Notes under the pieces: generated by a model
The model's database searches: none
The model's input: the letters and a program-made list of their open reading frames with translations, nothing else
What the model was told of the DNA's origin: nothing
Assembly: GCA_035528715.1 (NCBI GenBank)
Contig: DATKYB010000051.1
Span: forward strand, 50 to 64,049
DNA from: Nitrospinota bacterium
GTDB lineage: Bacteria > JADFOP01 > DATKYB01
DNA: 64,000 nucleotides
Reading direction: 5' to 3'
Shown: piece by piece, positions 5,666 through 16,536 of the stretch
How the letters are laid out: every line of letters starts with the position of its first letter
Position numbering within the stretch: the first letter of the stretch is position 1
Program-made: the position numbers and the translations under genes

Positions 5666-5980
5666 ATGAAATTAAGAGTTATGAAGAATTTTGTTAAGAT
5701 AGGCACTGTTTTAAAAAAGTCACTTAAGAAATTTAGGCTGGAGAAGGGAATAAAGCAGTGCAGGATTTTGGATATATGGGACAAAGTTGTAGGCGAACAG
5801 ATAGCTGCTGTTACCCGTCCAGGATATATAAAGGGGAAGACCCTCTATATATTTGTAAGAGATTCGATTTGGCTGCAGGAATTGAAATTCTTAGAAAGGA
5901 TGATTATTGAAAAACTAAATAATAAAGTTGGTGGTAAGATAATAGAAAATATTTATTTCAAGATTGATACAGAAAGGTAA
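5666..5980 (+). CDS. DUF721 (DciA-like) protein
   Basis: 104 aa. The pattern ILDIWDKVVGEQIAAVTRPGYIKGKTLYIFVRDSIWLQEL is typical of DUF721. Confidence 0.6.
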   Translation: MKLRVMKNFVKIGTVLKKSLKKFRLEKGIKQCRILDIWDKVVGEQIAAVTRPGYIKGKTLYIFVRDSIWLQELKFLERMIIEKLNNKVGGKIIENIYFKIDTER

Positions 5981-5988
5981 ATGACAAA

Positions 5989-7761
5989 ATGAAAAAGACT
6001 CTTTTTAAAAAAGAACTTTTGGTTTTCGTTCTTTTTGCTTCGATTATTTTTGGCTGCGGAGATATAAATGAGATATTAAAAGGAAAAGAAAGTGAGGATA
6101 TTAAAGGTCATATAAAATTTGAGATTATACAACCAGAGGACGAAAGGGCATCTAGCAAGAAGGCACTGGCTTATTATCATTATATCTTAGCTGAAATTTA
6201 TAGCCTTAAGAATGACATAGAGAAATCCATAGAGTCTTATAAAGAGGCTATAAAGTATGACTCAAATTCTTCTTATCTCCATTTTAACCTCTCTTCAGAA
6301 TATCTAAAAAAAGGAGATGTTTCAAAAGCCATTTCAGAGATTCAGGAGGCATTGGCAATCAATCCTGAATATAAAGAAGCCAGGATACTATTAGGAAAAA
6401 TCTATTCTGGTCTCAAAAAAAGAGATTTAGCCATTACTCAGTTCAAAAAAGTTATGGACCAAAGTCCCGAAGAAATAGAACCCTATCTTTTTTTAGGGAC
6501 TCTCTATGCTGAAGAGAAAGATTACGACAATGCAATACTCACTTTTCAAAAATTATTAGAAAAAAGGCCGGATTCTGTTGAGGGCGTTTACTATATAGGA
6601 AGGATCTACCTCATAATGAATTTATATAATAGGGCAGAGGAATATTTTAAAAAAGCAATAGAAATATCTCCCGATTTTGAAGACGCTTTAAGGGGATTGG
6701 GAGATATTTATATGATTAGAGGAGATTATGAGGAAGCAGTCAAACATTATGAAAAAGTGCTGGAGATTAATCCTCATAGTAATCTTATTAGAGAAAGGCT
6801 GGGACAAATTTATCTAAAAAAGGAGTCCTTAGATGAAGCCTTAAAGGAATATAAAATTATTTTAGAGTCTGAACCGGAAAACCTATTGACTCACAAAAGA
6901 TTGGCTTTTATCTACTTTAAACAGGGGAATTATTCAGAGGCCCTCAAAGAGTTTCAAATAATTCTTGCTGCTCAACCAAAAGATACGAAAATAAGATATT
7001 ACAAGGCATTGCTATATGAAGAGATGAAGAAATATGACGATGCCTTACTGGAACTGAAAGAGATTATTAAAATAAATCCAAATTCTGTGGATAGTCGGTT
7101 ATTTATGGCTCGTATTTATAAAATCTTAAATAAAGTAGATGATGCTATTGATATCTTGGAGGAACTAGCAAAGGTTGATCCCAAACAATCAAAAGGTTAT
7201 TTTTATTTGGGCATCATCCTTTCTGAGGAAAAAAAATATAATGAATCAGTAAAAAACTTTAAAAAGGCAATAGAGTTAGAACCAAAAAATGATAAATATC
7301 ATTTTAATCTAGGGGCGACTTATGAGAAGATGGGTGAGTTTGAATTATCAATTCATGAGATGAAAAAAACGATTGAGTTGAATCCCAATTATGCGAATGC
7401 TCATAATTACTTAGGATATATGTATGTAGAAAGAGGGATTAATTTAGATGAATCTATTCTTATCATCAAGAAGGCTCTGGAGTTAGAACCAGAAAATGGA
7501 TATTTTGTCGATAGTTTGGGTTGGGCATATTTTAAAAAAGGTTGGTATGAAAAGGCTCTGAATGAATTAGAGAAGGCTGTTAGCTTGGTACCTGATGATC
7601 CAGTAATCAGAGATCATTTAGGTGATATATATTTTAAATTAGAGAGAAAACAAGAGGCATTAAATGAGTGGAGGAAGTCGTTAGAAATAAAACCTGATAA
7701 CAGAGAGGTGGAAAAGAAATTAAAAAATTTGGAGAAAGTATTTGAAAAGGCGAATCATTAA
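5989..7761 (+). CDS. TPR-repeat lipoprotein
   Basis: 590 aa. Lipobox FGCG after the signal peptide. About 14 tandem TPR units (AxxYxxxG/AxxxY patterns). Confidence 0.8.
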   Translation: MKKTLFKKELLVFVLFASIIFGCGDINEILKGKESEDIKGHIKFEIIQPEDERASSKKALAYYHYILAEIYSLKNDIEKSIESYKEAIKYDSNSSYLHFNLSSEYLKKGDVSKAISEIQEALAINPEYKEARILLGKIYSGLKKRDLAITQFKKVMDQSPEEIEPYLFLGTLYAEEKDYDNAILTFQKLLEKRPDSVEGVYYIGRIYLIMNLYNRAEEYFKKAIEISPDFEDALRGLGDIYMIRGDYEEAVKHYEKVLEINPHSNLIRERLGQIYLKKESLDEALKEYKIILESEPENLLTHKRLAFIYFKQGNYSEALKEFQIILAAQPKDTKIRYYKALLYEEMKKYDDALLELKEIIKINPNSVDSRLFMARIYKILNKVDDAIDILEELAKVDPKQSKGYFYLGIILSEEKKYNESVKNFKKAIELEPKNDKYHFNLGATYEKMGEFELSIHEMKKTIELNPNYANAHNYLGYMYVERGINLDESILIIKKALELEPENGYFVDSLGWAYFKKGWYEKALNELEKAVSLVPDDPVIRDHLGDIYFKLERKQEALNEWRKSLEIKPDNREVEKKLKNLEKVFEKANH

Positions 7762-8602
7762 TAGATGGTATATTCTTCCCCTCTTTATAATTTCTTTGTT
7801 TCTTTTATTCGGATGCGAGACCGTTATCCAAGGAGTCAGGCCTTATCAACCTTTTCCAGATGAGATACTAGAGTCACCAAGGACTTTAGTAAATGAATTG
7901 AGGAAAAGAGAGGGTTTATTAGAAAATCTTAAAGCGATTACACATCTCACTTTAAATACCCCCGATAAGAATCTCACTACAAAAGAAGTCTTTATCCTAA
8001 AAAAGAATTTGGCCTTGAGGGTGGAAACCATAAACTTTTTTGGACATCCAACGATGTATCTTGTTTCGAACAACAAAGAACTATTAGTCTATTTTCCTTT
8101 TGAGGGAAAATTCTTAAGAACAGAGGCAACGCGGAAAAATTTATATAAGTGGACGGGTGTCAACCTGAACCTTTCCCAGATTATGAAGATTCTTTCAGGA
8201 ACGGTTCCTTTAAGCATTGATACAAAACAAATGAGAGGTATTTATACATCTCGTGAGAAAAGATATATCTTACAGATATATAATAAGGAAGAAGATGTCC
8301 TAGAAGAGATATGGATAGAGGCTGACAGGTTCATTCCTGCAAGGTCTCTTCTTTTTAGCCCTGAAGGAGAGGTTCTGTTGGATGTAGAATATCATCATTT
8401 TAAAAAAGTTCAGGATTATCTGCTCCCTTTTTCTATCAAGGTAAGTTTTCCAAAAGAGAATACAGATATAAAGATCGTATACAAAAAAGTATACATTAAT
8501 CAAAAATTGTCAGACGATATTTTTCATTTATTTATTCCAAAAAAGGCAACAGAGATAATATTGAATGAGAGCTCTAAACTCTATGAAAGAGATAGAGATT
8601 AA
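7742..8602 (+). CDS. Outer-membrane lipoprotein (LolB-like position upstream of ispE)
   Basis: Signal peptide with LFGCE lipobox. The classic gene order lolB-ispE-prs suggests LolB-like function, but I did not verify sequence-level similarity. Confidence 0.55.
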   Translation: MKRRIINRWYILPLFIISLFLLFGCETVIQGVRPYQPFPDEILESPRTLVNELRKREGLLENLKAITHLTLNTPDKNLTTKEVFILKKNLALRVETINFFGHPTMYLVSNNKELLVYFPFEGKFLRTEATRKNLYKWTGVNLNLSQIMKILSGTVPLSIDTKQMRGIYTSREKRYILQIYNKEEDVLEEIWIEADRFIPARSLLFSPEGEVLLDVEYHHFKKVQDYLLPFSIKVSFPKENTDIKIVYKKVYINQKLSDDIFHLFIPKKATEIILNESSKLYERDRD

Positions 8603-9449
8603 ATCACCAGCAAAAATAAATCTCGGTTTAAGGGTCTTGAGAAAAAGGAAAGATGGATATCATGAAATTGAGACCATCTTGCAGATGATAAGCCTTTATG
8701 ATGATATTTTAATTAGGGAAAGTGATAAAGAAATAAAGGTTTTTTGTGATGACGAAACCCTCAAAGGGAGGAGGAATTTAGCGTACACTGCTGCTAAGGT
8801 TATAAAAGAGAAGAGCAAAAGAAAAAGCGGAGTGGACATATTTATAAAAAAGAATATTCCTGTTGGTTCTGGATTAGGGGGGGGGAGCAGTAATGCTGCC
8901 TCTGTTATTTTAGGTTTAAATAGGTTGTGGGAATTGGATTATAGTAAAGAAAGGCTTATGGAAATAGCCAAATTTTTGGGATCGGATGTTCCCTTTTTCA
9001 TCAATGGCCCTGTTGCTATTGCTAGGGGTAGGGGTGAGATTATCAATCCCATTAAAAAAGTAGAAAAGATGCATCTTATCCTTGTTATTCCTCCTCAGCC
9101 TATATCCACTGAATGGGCATATAAAAACCTAAATTTGAAGTTGACAAGTATCCCATCGGGTAGTACTCTTTACAGACTAAATCTTTCTAAAATTAATAAC
9201 ATACAGGATTATCTTCACAATGATTTAGAAGAAGTTGTGAAGGAGAGATTACCGGATATATCAGAAATTAAAAAGAAACTCATATCTTTAGGTTCAAAAG
9301 GCGTTGCTATGTCAGGAAGTGGTTCCTCAGTCTATGGTATCTTTGAAGAATATGATATGTGTTTGAAGGCCTATGAAATCATGAAAAAGGAGAGATGGAG
9401 AATCATCTTTACAGAGACCCTTACAGATGCAAGGGAATTTTATCATTAA
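8565..9449 (+). CDS. ispE: 4-diphosphocytidyl-2-C-methyl-D-erythritol kinase
   Basis: AKINLGLRV..R.DGYHEI and PVGSGLGGGSSNAA GHMP-kinase motifs. Confidence 0.85.
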   Translation: MRALNSMKEIEIKSPAKINLGLRVLRKRKDGYHEIETILQMISLYDDILIRESDKEIKVFCDDETLKGRRNLAYTAAKVIKEKSKRKSGVDIFIKKNIPVGSGLGGGSSNAASVILGLNRLWELDYSKERLMEIAKFLGSDVPFFINGPVAIARGRGEIINPIKKVEKMHLILVIPPQPISTEWAYKNLNLKLTSIPSGSTLYRLNLSKINNIQDYLHNDLEEVVKERLPDISEIKKKLISLGSKGVAMSGSGSSVYGIFEEYDMCLKAYEIMKKERWRIIFTETLTDAREFYH

Positions 9450-9504
9450 CATTTTTAAAGTTGATTTCATCTAAAAAAATTTTGGGAGACAGGGGTAGGG
9501 GATA

Positions 9505-9768
9505 ATGGAGGTTACCGAAGTAAGAGTCGTACCTATAGATGAGGAACGGTTGAAGGCTTATGTTGCTATAACTATTGATGACTGTTTTGTGATAAAGGAC
9601 TTGAAGATTATTAATGGTACAAATGGGCTGTTTGTCGCTATGCCGAGTAAAAAGAGAAAGGACGGTAACTTTATAGATATTGCCCATCCGTTGAACAAAG
9701 AGACGAGGAAAATGATAGAAGACAGAGTTTTGGAAGAATATAGAAAAGAAGTAGAAAAAAAAGGATAA
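9505..9768 (+). CDS. spoVG: Septation protein SpoVG
   Basis: MEVTEVRVVPI...NGLFVAMPSKKRKDGNFIDIAHPLN closely matches the SpoVG family. Confidence 0.85.
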   Translation: MEVTEVRVVPIDEERLKAYVAITIDDCFVIKDLKIINGTNGLFVAMPSKKRKDGNFIDIAHPLNKETRKMIEDRVLEEYRKEVEKKG

Positions 9769-9790
9769 TACAGATTCTCTTTAGTTCTTT

Positions 9791-9865
9791 TGGGGCGTCG
9801 TCAAGTGGTAAGACACAGGTCTTTGGAACCTGCATTCGGAGGTTCGAATCCTCCCGCCCCAGCCA
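9791..9865 (+). tRNA. tRNA-Gln (anticodon TTG)
   Basis: Acceptor stem TGGGGCG/CGCCCCA. Anticodon stem-loop CAGGT-CTTTGGA-ACCTG. T-arm GGTTCGAATCC. Encoded CCA. Confidence 0.85.
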
Positions 9866-9924
9866 TAAAAATAAATCCAAAAATTTTTTAAAACTAAAAA
9901 TTTGTTTAAAGAAGGTGGTCATAT

Positions 9925-10866
9925 ATGTTTAATGGATTAAAGATCTTTTCAGGCAGAGCAAGTGAGGAACTTTCCGAAGAGATAAGTAAATATCTGAAGA
10001 TTCCTCTGGGAGATATCTTGATAACTGACTTTAGTGATGGTGAGATATATGTCCAGATCCAAGAAAATATTAGAGGAGCTGATGTATTTGTTATCCAGTC
10101 GACCTGTAATCCTGGAAACTCTAATCTGATGGAGCTTTTGATTATGATTGATGCTATGAGAAGGGCCTCAGCAGAGAGAATAACTGCTGTCATTCCTTAC
10201 TATGGGTATGCCCGTCAAGATAGAAAGGTTCAGCCTAGAGTTCCTATAACAGCAAAATTAGTGGCCAATCTATTAACCGCTGTTGGGACAGATAGGGTTT
10301 TAGCAATTGATCTTCATGCAGGTCAGATACAGGGTTTTTTTGATATTCCTGTTGATCATTTATTTGCCTCGCCGGATATTATTGATTATATAAAAAAGAA
10401 AAAGATAAAAAATGCGGTTGTTGTCTCTCCTGATGCTGGTGGTGTAGAGAGGGCCAGGGCTTTTGCAAAAAGGGTTAATGCTTCTTTAAGCATCATAGAT
10501 AAAAGAAGAGAAGAAAAAAATGTTTCTAAGGTAATGAATATCATTGGGGATGTTAAAGACAAAAATGTTCTTTTAATTGACGATATGGTTGATACAGCTG
10601 GGACACTCGTAGAGTCTGTAAAGGCTTTGAGGGATAATGGTGCAAAGGATATATATGCTTGCTGTACGCATGCAGTCCTTTCCGGTTCTGCTATTGAGAG
10701 GATATCAAAATCTTTTCTCAAGGAGCTGATTGTTACAAATACAATTCCTTTGAGGAAAGAGGGCCGGAATAATAAAAAAATCAAGGTGTTATCTGTGGCT
10801 AAGCTTTTAGGAGAGGCGATCATTAGAATTCATAATGGGGCATCTGTAAGTTCACTATTTGTTTAA
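9925..10866 (+). CDS. prs: Ribose-phosphate pyrophosphokinase
   Basis: [10 protein letters not shown]...[16 protein letters not shown]...[14 protein letters not shown] synthetase signatures. Confidence 0.9.
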   Translation: MFNGLKIFSGRASEELSEEISKYLKIPLGDILITDFSDGEIYVQIQENIRGADVFVIQSTCNPGNSNLMELLIMIDAMRRASAERITAVIPYYGYARQDRKVQPRVPITAKLVANLLTAVGTDRVLAIDLHAGQIQGFFDIPVDHLFASPDIIDYIKKKKIKNAVVVSPDAGGVERARAFAKRVNASLSIIDKRREEKNVSKVMNIIGDVKDKNVLLIDDMVDTAGTLVESVKALRDNGAKDIYACCTHAVLSGSAIERISKSFLKELIVTNTIPLRKEGRNNKKIKVLSVAKLLGEAIIRIHNGASVSSLFV

Positions 10867-11608
10867 AAGGAGTGTTTCTATGGAAGATCTAATTTTAACA
10901 GCAAAAACAAGAACAAAAACAGGTAAGGGAGAAGCTCGAAGATTAAGAAAAAAAGGTCTCGTTCCAGCCATCCTCTATGGAGGGTCTGAGGTCGTTCCTA
11001 TCAGTTTTCTTCTAAAAGATCTGCAGCGAATTTTGAGTACAAGTGGTGGAGAAAATACGATTTTTCAGTTAAATATTGAAGATGCTAAAAAAAGGGATCG
11101 CAAAGTCATAGCGAGAGAATTCCAGAATGATCCTGTCAAGAGCGAGCTACTCCATGTTGATTTATATGAAATATCCATGGATAAAGAGATAACGGTATCA
11201 GTAGGAATAACTTTGACTGGAAAGGCTTTTGGGGTTGAACAAGAAGGAGGAATGTTAAACCATTTACTAAAAGAGATAGAGATAGAATGTCTTCCCACCA
11301 AGATCCCTGATGAGATTACAGTGGATGTATCAGAGTTGAAGATCGGTGATGTTCTTCATTTAAAGGATATTAACATTCCAGAGGGGATTAAGGTCTTGGA
11401 TGATTTAGAAGAGCCGGTTGCTTCCGTTGCAGCGATAGTTGAAGAAGTGGTTGAAGTTGCTGCTGAAGAAGAAGGTGAAGGTGTTGAAGGAGAAGCAAAA
11501 GAGGCTGAAGAAGGATCTGAAAAACCAGAAAAACCAGAAAAAACTGAAAAACAAGAAAAATCTGAACAATCTCAAAAACCTGAAAAAGACAGTGGCAAGA
11601 AAGATTAG
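10859..11608 (+). CDS. rplY: 50S ribosomal protein L25/general stress protein Ctc with acidic PEK-repeat C-terminal tail
   Basis: The N-terminal L25 domain and Ctc beta-barrel are followed by an E/K-rich low-complexity tail ([14 protein letters not shown]). Confidence 0.8.
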   Translation: MFKRSVSMEDLILTAKTRTKTGKGEARRLRKKGLVPAILYGGSEVVPISFLLKDLQRILSTSGGENTIFQLNIEDAKKRDRKVIAREFQNDPVKSELLHVDLYEISMDKEITVSVGITLTGKAFGVEQEGGMLNHLLKEIEIECLPTKIPDEITVDVSELKIGDVLHLKDINIPEGIKVLDDLEEPVASVAAIVEEVVEVAAEEEGEGVEGEAKEAEEGSEKPEKPEKTEKQEKSEQSQKPEKDSGKKD

Positions 11609-11629
11609 CGATAAAAGGGCAATATTTCT

Positions 11630-12184
11630 GTGGAAATCATTGTTGGTCTAGGGAATCCTGGAGCTCAGTATGAGATAACAAGACATAACATCGGTTTCTT
11701 AATTATAGATGAGTTAGCATTAAAGTATAAGATTGCTTTAGATAAAAAAGGATATTATTCAATATATGGAAGGGGTAAGATTGCTGAAAAAGATGTTATG
11801 CTGGTTAAGCCCGTGACCTATATGAATTTAAGTGGTGGAGCAGTTCATTCTCTAGTCAAAAATTGTAGCTCTTCCTTAAAAGATTTACTGATCATTCATG
11901 ATGATATAGATATTCCATTAGGGAATATCAGAAAGAAAACAAAAGGTGGTGATGCAGGACACAAAGGGATACGTTCTATTATTCAATATCTTGAGAGCGG
12001 GACATTTTCAAGGCTGAGGATAGGAGTGGGAAGACCCGAGAAAGGAGAAGATGCTTCAGATTATCTTCTTGAGCCCATCTTTGATAAATACCTCCCGATA
12101 TATACTGAGATAATAAAAAAATCTGCAGATGAGGTTACAGCTATCATAAAGACGAAAACAAGGGTGGAAAAGGAAACAGTCTAG
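11630..12184 (+). CDS. pth: Peptidyl-tRNA hydrolase
   Basis: IVGLGNPG...TRHNIGF...HDD signature. Confidence 0.9.
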   Translation: MEIIVGLGNPGAQYEITRHNIGFLIIDELALKYKIALDKKGYYSIYGRGKIAEKDVMLVKPVTYMNLSGGAVHSLVKNCSSSLKDLLIIHDDIDIPLGNIRKKTKGGDAGHKGIRSIIQYLESGTFSRLRIGVGRPEKGEDASDYLLEPIFDKYLPIYTEIIKKSADEVTAIIKTKTRVEKETV

Positions 12185-12208
12185 AATTATTCTTAGAGAG
12201 GGGGACTC

Positions 12209-14179
12209 ATGGAAGGATACGTAGTATATGCACCTGTTTTTGGAGTCATCGGTTTAATTACAGCAGCGCTTATTTATTTTTATATAAAAAGGCAACCTTC
12301 AGGCACAAAGGTAATGATAGAAATATCTGAGGCAATCCATGAAGGGGCCATGGTATTTCTTAAAAAGGAGTATAAGATAATTTCTATTTTTATCATATTT
12401 GTATTTATCATCTTATCTGCCACCATTAGTTTTTTCACAGCATTGGCATTTCTATCTGGGGCCTTGTGTTCTATGTTAGCAGGGTTTTTCGGTATGAAGG
12501 CAGCAACGAGGGCCAATGTCAGAACGTCACAAGCAGCTAATCAGGAAGGTCAGATGAAGGCATTGCAGATAGCCTTTTCTGGTGGATCTGTCATGGGGCT
12601 ATCCGTAGCTAGTCTCGGACTGATAGGAATAGGTATATTTTTCTATCTCTTTAGTCAGAAAGACCCTTCCATCATAAATGGATTTGCAATGGGTGCCAGT
12701 TCCATAGCTTTGTTTGCAAGAGTAGGAGGAGGGATATATACCAAGACAGCTGATGTGGGTGCTGATCTTGTAGGAAAAGTCGAAGCCGGGATTCCAGAAG
12801 ATGATCCTAGAAATCCTGGGGTTATCGCTGACAATGTAGGAGATTGTGTTGGTGATACCGCTGGTATGGGAGCTGATATCTTTGAGTCATATGTTGGTTC
12901 CATCATTGCTACAATAGCTATAGGCTCCACAATAAGCCCCCTCACCTTTAAATTTATGGCTCTGCCTCTATTAATCGTCATGTTGGGCCTGATTGCCTCA
13001 ATTTTGGGTGTCCTTACCATAAAGATTTTTAGCAAGCTCGATCCAGCATCAATCTTAAGATATTCAACAATCTTTAGTGCTCTTATTTTATTGATAGCAG
13101 CTTATTTATTAATGAAAAGAATGGGGTTTGCCTCTGGTATCTATTGGGCTCTATTTTCTGGAAGCCTTGCGGGTATCTTAATAGGAATTTTAACAGAGTA
13201 TTATACCGGCGGTAGCCCAATAATAAGAATTGCAAAGTCTTCTCAAACAGGGCCAGCAACCAACATAATAACTGGTCTTGCAGTAGCAATGGAAAGCACT
13301 GCCTTACCAATATTGGTAATCTGTGCGGCAATATATATTGCTGCAAAGTTTGCCGGGCTTTACGGTATAGGACTATCTGCTGTTGGTATGCTCTCCACTG
13401 TAGGAATAACTATGTCTGTTGATGCTTATGGTCCTATTGCGGATAATGCGGGGGGCATATCTGAGATGTCTGGTCTTGGTGAAGAGACAAGGAAGATAAC
13501 AGATGGATTAGATGCCTTAGGGAATACTACTGCAGCCATAGGTAAAGGTTTTGCTATTGGTTCAGCTGCTCTGACCGCCCTTGCTTTATTCTCTGCCTAT
13601 ACAAAGGCTGTAAATCTTGAGGTTATAGATATTACTAATGCCAAGGTTGTTATAGGGTTGTTTATCGGGGGTGCAATCCCATTTTTTATTGCATCCCTAA
13701 CAATGACCTCAGTTGGTAAGGCTGCCTTCAAGATGGTCAATGAGATAAGAAGACAGTTCAGAGAAATTCCGGGTATCATGGAAGGAAAGGCAAAACCTGA
13801 CTCAGCCAAGTGTGTAGATATTAGTACAACTGCGGCCCTAAAAGAGATGATCATTCCAGGTATAATAGCTATTATTTCTCCTGTTCTTATTGGATATTTT
13901 GCAGGTCCCCAAGCTTTAGGAGGGATGCTGGCTGGGGCAACATTGACAGGTGTGCTTCTGGCATTGATGATGGCAAATGGGGGGGGAGCTTGGGATAATG
14001 CGAAGAAATATATAGAAAAAGGAAACTTAGGGGGTAAGGGATCTGAAGCCCATAAGGCTTCTGTGGTTGGCGATACTGTTGGTGATCCTTTTAAGGATAC
14101 GTCAGGTCCATCAATGAATATATTAATCAAATTAATGTCTGTCGTTTCACTCGTATTAGCTCCGTTATTTATTCGTTAA
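12209..14179 (+). CDS. hppA: Membrane-bound proton/sodium-translocating pyrophosphatase
   Basis: 656 aa polytopic. [19 protein letters not shown] and DNVGDCVGD / [15 protein letters not shown] motifs. Confidence 0.9.
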   Translation: MEGYVVYAPVFGVIGLITAALIYFYIKRQPSGTKVMIEISEAIHEGAMVFLKKEYKIISIFIIFVFIILSATISFFTALAFLSGALCSMLAGFFGMKAATRANVRTSQAANQEGQMKALQIAFSGGSVMGLSVASLGLIGIGIFFYLFSQKDPSIINGFAMGASSIALFARVGGGIYTKTADVGADLVGKVEAGIPEDDPRNPGVIADNVGDCVGDTAGMGADIFESYVGSIIATIAIGSTISPLTFKFMALPLLIVMLGLIASILGVLTIKIFSKLDPASILRYSTIFSALILLIAAYLLMKRMGFASGIYWALFSGSLAGILIGILTEYYTGGSPIIRIAKSSQTGPATNIITGLAVAMESTALPILVICAAIYIAAKFAGLYGIGLSAVGMLSTVGITMSVDAYGPIADNAGGISEMSGLGEETRKITDGLDALGNTTAAIGKGFAIGSAALTALALFSAYTKAVNLEVIDITNAKVVIGLFIGGAIPFFIASLTMTSVGKAAFKMVNEIRRQFREIPGIMEGKAKPDSAKCVDISTTAALKEMIIPGIIAIISPVLIGYFAGPQALGGMLAGATLTGVLLALMMANGGGAWDNAKKYIEKGNLGGKGSEAHKASVVGDTVGDPFKDTSGPSMNILIKLMSVVSLVLAPLFIR

Positions 14180-14203
14180 GTTATTTAGGTAATCATTTGT
14201 TAG

Positions 14204-14248
14204 AGAGAGGGGGTTGATAATAGGAAGTTCAACCCTCTCTTTTTATTT
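14204..14248 (+). terminator. Rho-independent terminator after hppA
   Basis: GAGAGGGGGTTGA / TCAACCCTCTC stem followed by TTTTTATTT. Confidence 0.6.
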
Positions 14249-14281
14249 GAGTTAAAGAGATTTTTGAATAAAGGAGTTAGA

Positions 14282-15376
14282 ATGGGTTTTAGATGTGGGA
14301 TTATTGGTTTACCAAATGTTGGGAAAACTACTGTGTTTAATGCTCTAGCCAATGCTTCAGCTGATGTGGCCAATTATCCTTTTACCACTATAGATCCTAA
14401 TGTAGGAAAAGTAAGAGTTCCTGATAAACGCCTCGAATATCTTAAAAAAATATTCACTCCTCCTAAAACTACTTATACAACATTAGAATTTTTTGATATT
14501 GCTGGTCTTGTGAAAGGAGCGAGTAAAGGAGAAGGACTTGGCAATCAATTTTTAGGTCATATAAGAGATGTTGATGCGATTGCCCATGTAGTAAAGTGCT
14601 TTAAAGAGCCTAATGCGCCATCTGTCAGCAAGGATCTCTCTTCTGAGACAGATATCGAGATAGTAGAAACAGAGTTGATTCTTTCAGATTTATCAACCGT
14701 AGAAAAAAATATTGAGAAGAGTAAAGGTAAAATTTTAAGGGGAGATAAAGAGACTAAAGAGGAATATGAGGTCCTTTTATCTGTTAAGGAGGGTTTGGAA
14801 AAAGGTTTTAATGTTAGAGATATAGAGCTCTCAGAAGATTCGAAGAAACATCTTGAGAAACTCTGTTTTTTGACGAGTAAACCCTCGTTTTATATAGCAA
14901 ATTTAGATGACTCTGATATTGGCAAAGATAATATATTATTGAATAAAATCAAGCAATATGCCCAAAAAAGGTCTAAAGAAGTGGTAGAGATTTATGGCAA
15001 GCTGGAGTTAGAATTGGGTGAGTTAGAGAACGAGGAAGCTATGGAATACATGAGCACTCTGGGAATTAATCATTTAGGTATAGATGATATTATTAAAGTC
15101 GGATATCGGATTTTAAATCTCATAACTTTCTATACTACAGTAGGAAAAGAGTTAAGAGCTTGGACATTGTTAGAGGGTACAAAGGCCGAGAAAGCAGCAG
15201 GAAAGATCCATTCTGATATAGAAAAGGGTTTTGTCAAGGCAGAGGTGGTATCTTTTGATAACTTTTCCATGTATGGCTCGATGGCTAATGTAAAAGAAAG
15301 GGGTTTGCTTAGAATTGAGGGAAGAAATTATATTATTAGGGATGGAGATATAGTATTTTTTCGATTCAATGTTTAA
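14282..15376 (+). CDS. ychF: Ribosome-binding ATPase YchF
   Basis: MGFRCGIIGLPNVGKTT P-loop and C-terminal TGS domain. RBS AAGGAG is 5 nt upstream. The position after pth is conserved. Confidence 0.9.
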   Translation: MGFRCGIIGLPNVGKTTVFNALANASADVANYPFTTIDPNVGKVRVPDKRLEYLKKIFTPPKTTYTTLEFFDIAGLVKGASKGEGLGNQFLGHIRDVDAIAHVVKCFKEPNAPSVSKDLSSETDIEIVETELILSDLSTVEKNIEKSKGKILRGDKETKEEYEVLLSVKEGLEKGFNVRDIELSEDSKKHLEKLCFLTSKPSFYIANLDDSDIGKDNILLNKIKQYAQKRSKEVVEIYGKLELELGELENEEAMEYMSTLGINHLGIDDIIKVGYRILNLITFYTTVGKELRAWTLLEGTKAEKAAGKIHSDIEKGFVKAEVVSFDNFSMYGSMANVKERGLLRIEGRNYIIRDGDIVFFRFNV

Positions 15377-15481
15377 AAATCCTTGCTTTATGAAGGTGAT
15401 TGTGATAAAAATTTGAAACTTCTCCTTGCTCTATTTTTTATAATTAGGGCTATAACTCGAAAGGGGGTGATCGACTTGCCT

Positions 15482-15820
15482 ATGTACGAGAGCATCTTTA
15501 TTTTAAAACCTGATCTTATGGATGAGAATGTAGATGAAGTGGTAAAAAAGATACATAAGATTGTAAAAGATCATTCTGGAAAGATAATGGACAATGAAAT
15601 ATGGGGAAAGAGGCGGATGGCCTATGAGGTTGATAAGGAAAGATATGGGATTTATGCTCTCATCCACTTTGAAGGTGAAGGAAAACTTATTCGCGAATTA
15701 GAGAGAAATTACAGGTTAATGGGTGAGGTTATGAAATATATTATCATCCGTCTCAATAAAAGAGAATTAGCTAAATTGGAATCAGATAAAGAAAGAGAAA
15801 AAGAAAAAATAAAGAAGTAG
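15482..15820 (+). CDS. rpsF: 30S ribosomal protein S6
   Basis: MYESIFILKPDL...RRMAYE. The start is chosen at the internal Met matching the S6 N-terminus. Confidence 0.8.
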   Translation: MYESIFILKPDLMDENVDEVVKKIHKIVKDHSGKIMDNEIWGKRRMAYEVDKERYGIYALIHFEGEGKLIRELERNYRLMGEVMKYIIIRLNKRELAKLESDKEREKEKIKK

Positions 15821-15831
15821 GGGGATAATCC

Positions 15832-16227
15832 ATGGCTAATTTAAACAAGATTTTCTTATTAGGTAACTTAACAAGAGATCCTGAACTACGTTATACCCCG
15901 AGCGGAACAGCGGTTTCTACGTTTGGGTTAGCTGTTAATAGAAGATATAAGCAGAAAGATGAATGGAAAGATGATGTCTGTTTTATAGATATCGTCTGTT
16001 TTGGTAAACAGGCTGAGAATTGTACAGAGTATCTTAACAAAGGAAGTCTTGCCTTTATCGAAGGACGACTTCAGTGGCGGAGTTGGGAAGATGAAAGTGG
16101 ACAGAAAAGAAGTAAACATGAAGTTGTAGCAAACAATATTCAATTTCTTCCAAAAGGAAAAGAAGGGGGCTTTGAAGAGAATAAAGATGAAAGCGGTGAT
16201 TTAGTAGAAGACGATATCCCCTTTTAA
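15832..16227 (+). CDS. ssb: Single-stranded DNA-binding protein
   Basis: MANLNKIFLLGNLTRDPELRYTPSG OB-fold and acidic C-terminal DDIPF tail. Confidence 0.9.
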   Translation: MANLNKIFLLGNLTRDPELRYTPSGTAVSTFGLAVNRRYKQKDEWKDDVCFIDIVCFGKQAENCTEYLNKGSLAFIEGRLQWRSWEDESGQKRSKHEVVANNIQFLPKGKEGGFEENKDESGDLVEDDIPF

Positions 16228-16257
16228 TAAATAAAAAATTACATCTCAGGAGATGAC

Positions 16258-16506
16258 ATGAGAGTAAAGGTTCAGAGAAAAAAGAGGCGATTTATAAAAA
16301 GAAAGATCTGTAGGTTCTGTGCGGAACATACTGAATTGATTGATTATAAAGACATAAAACAGATAAGAAGTTTAATAACCGAAAGAGGTAAAATTATTCC
16401 TAGAAGAATTTCTGGAAATTGTGCTAAGCATCAAAGGCAACTGACCGTTGCGATAAAAAGGGCAAGAAATATAGCTCTGCTTCCTTTTACTGTTGAAAGA
16501 TCTTAG
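16258..16506 (+). CDS. rpsR: 30S ribosomal protein S18
   Basis: CRFC...IDYKD...[21 protein letters not shown]. Confidence 0.9.
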   Translation: MRVKVQRKKRRFIKRKICRFCAEHTELIDYKDIKQIRSLITERGKIIPRRISGNCAKHQRQLTVAIKRARNIALLPFTVERS

Positions 16507-16536
16507 GATTCCCTTTCCTTATACGGAGATATAGAG

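Noticed and set aside
5551-5784. 77-aa minus-strand ORF
   Set aside because: It overlaps the DUF721 gene and its promoter on the opposite strand and has no RBS. It is likely noise.
12280-14130. Antisense ORFs inside hppA (12280-12516, 12655-13035, 13083-13346, 13597-14130)
   Set aside because: They are shadow ORFs within a well-supported pyrophosphatase gene.
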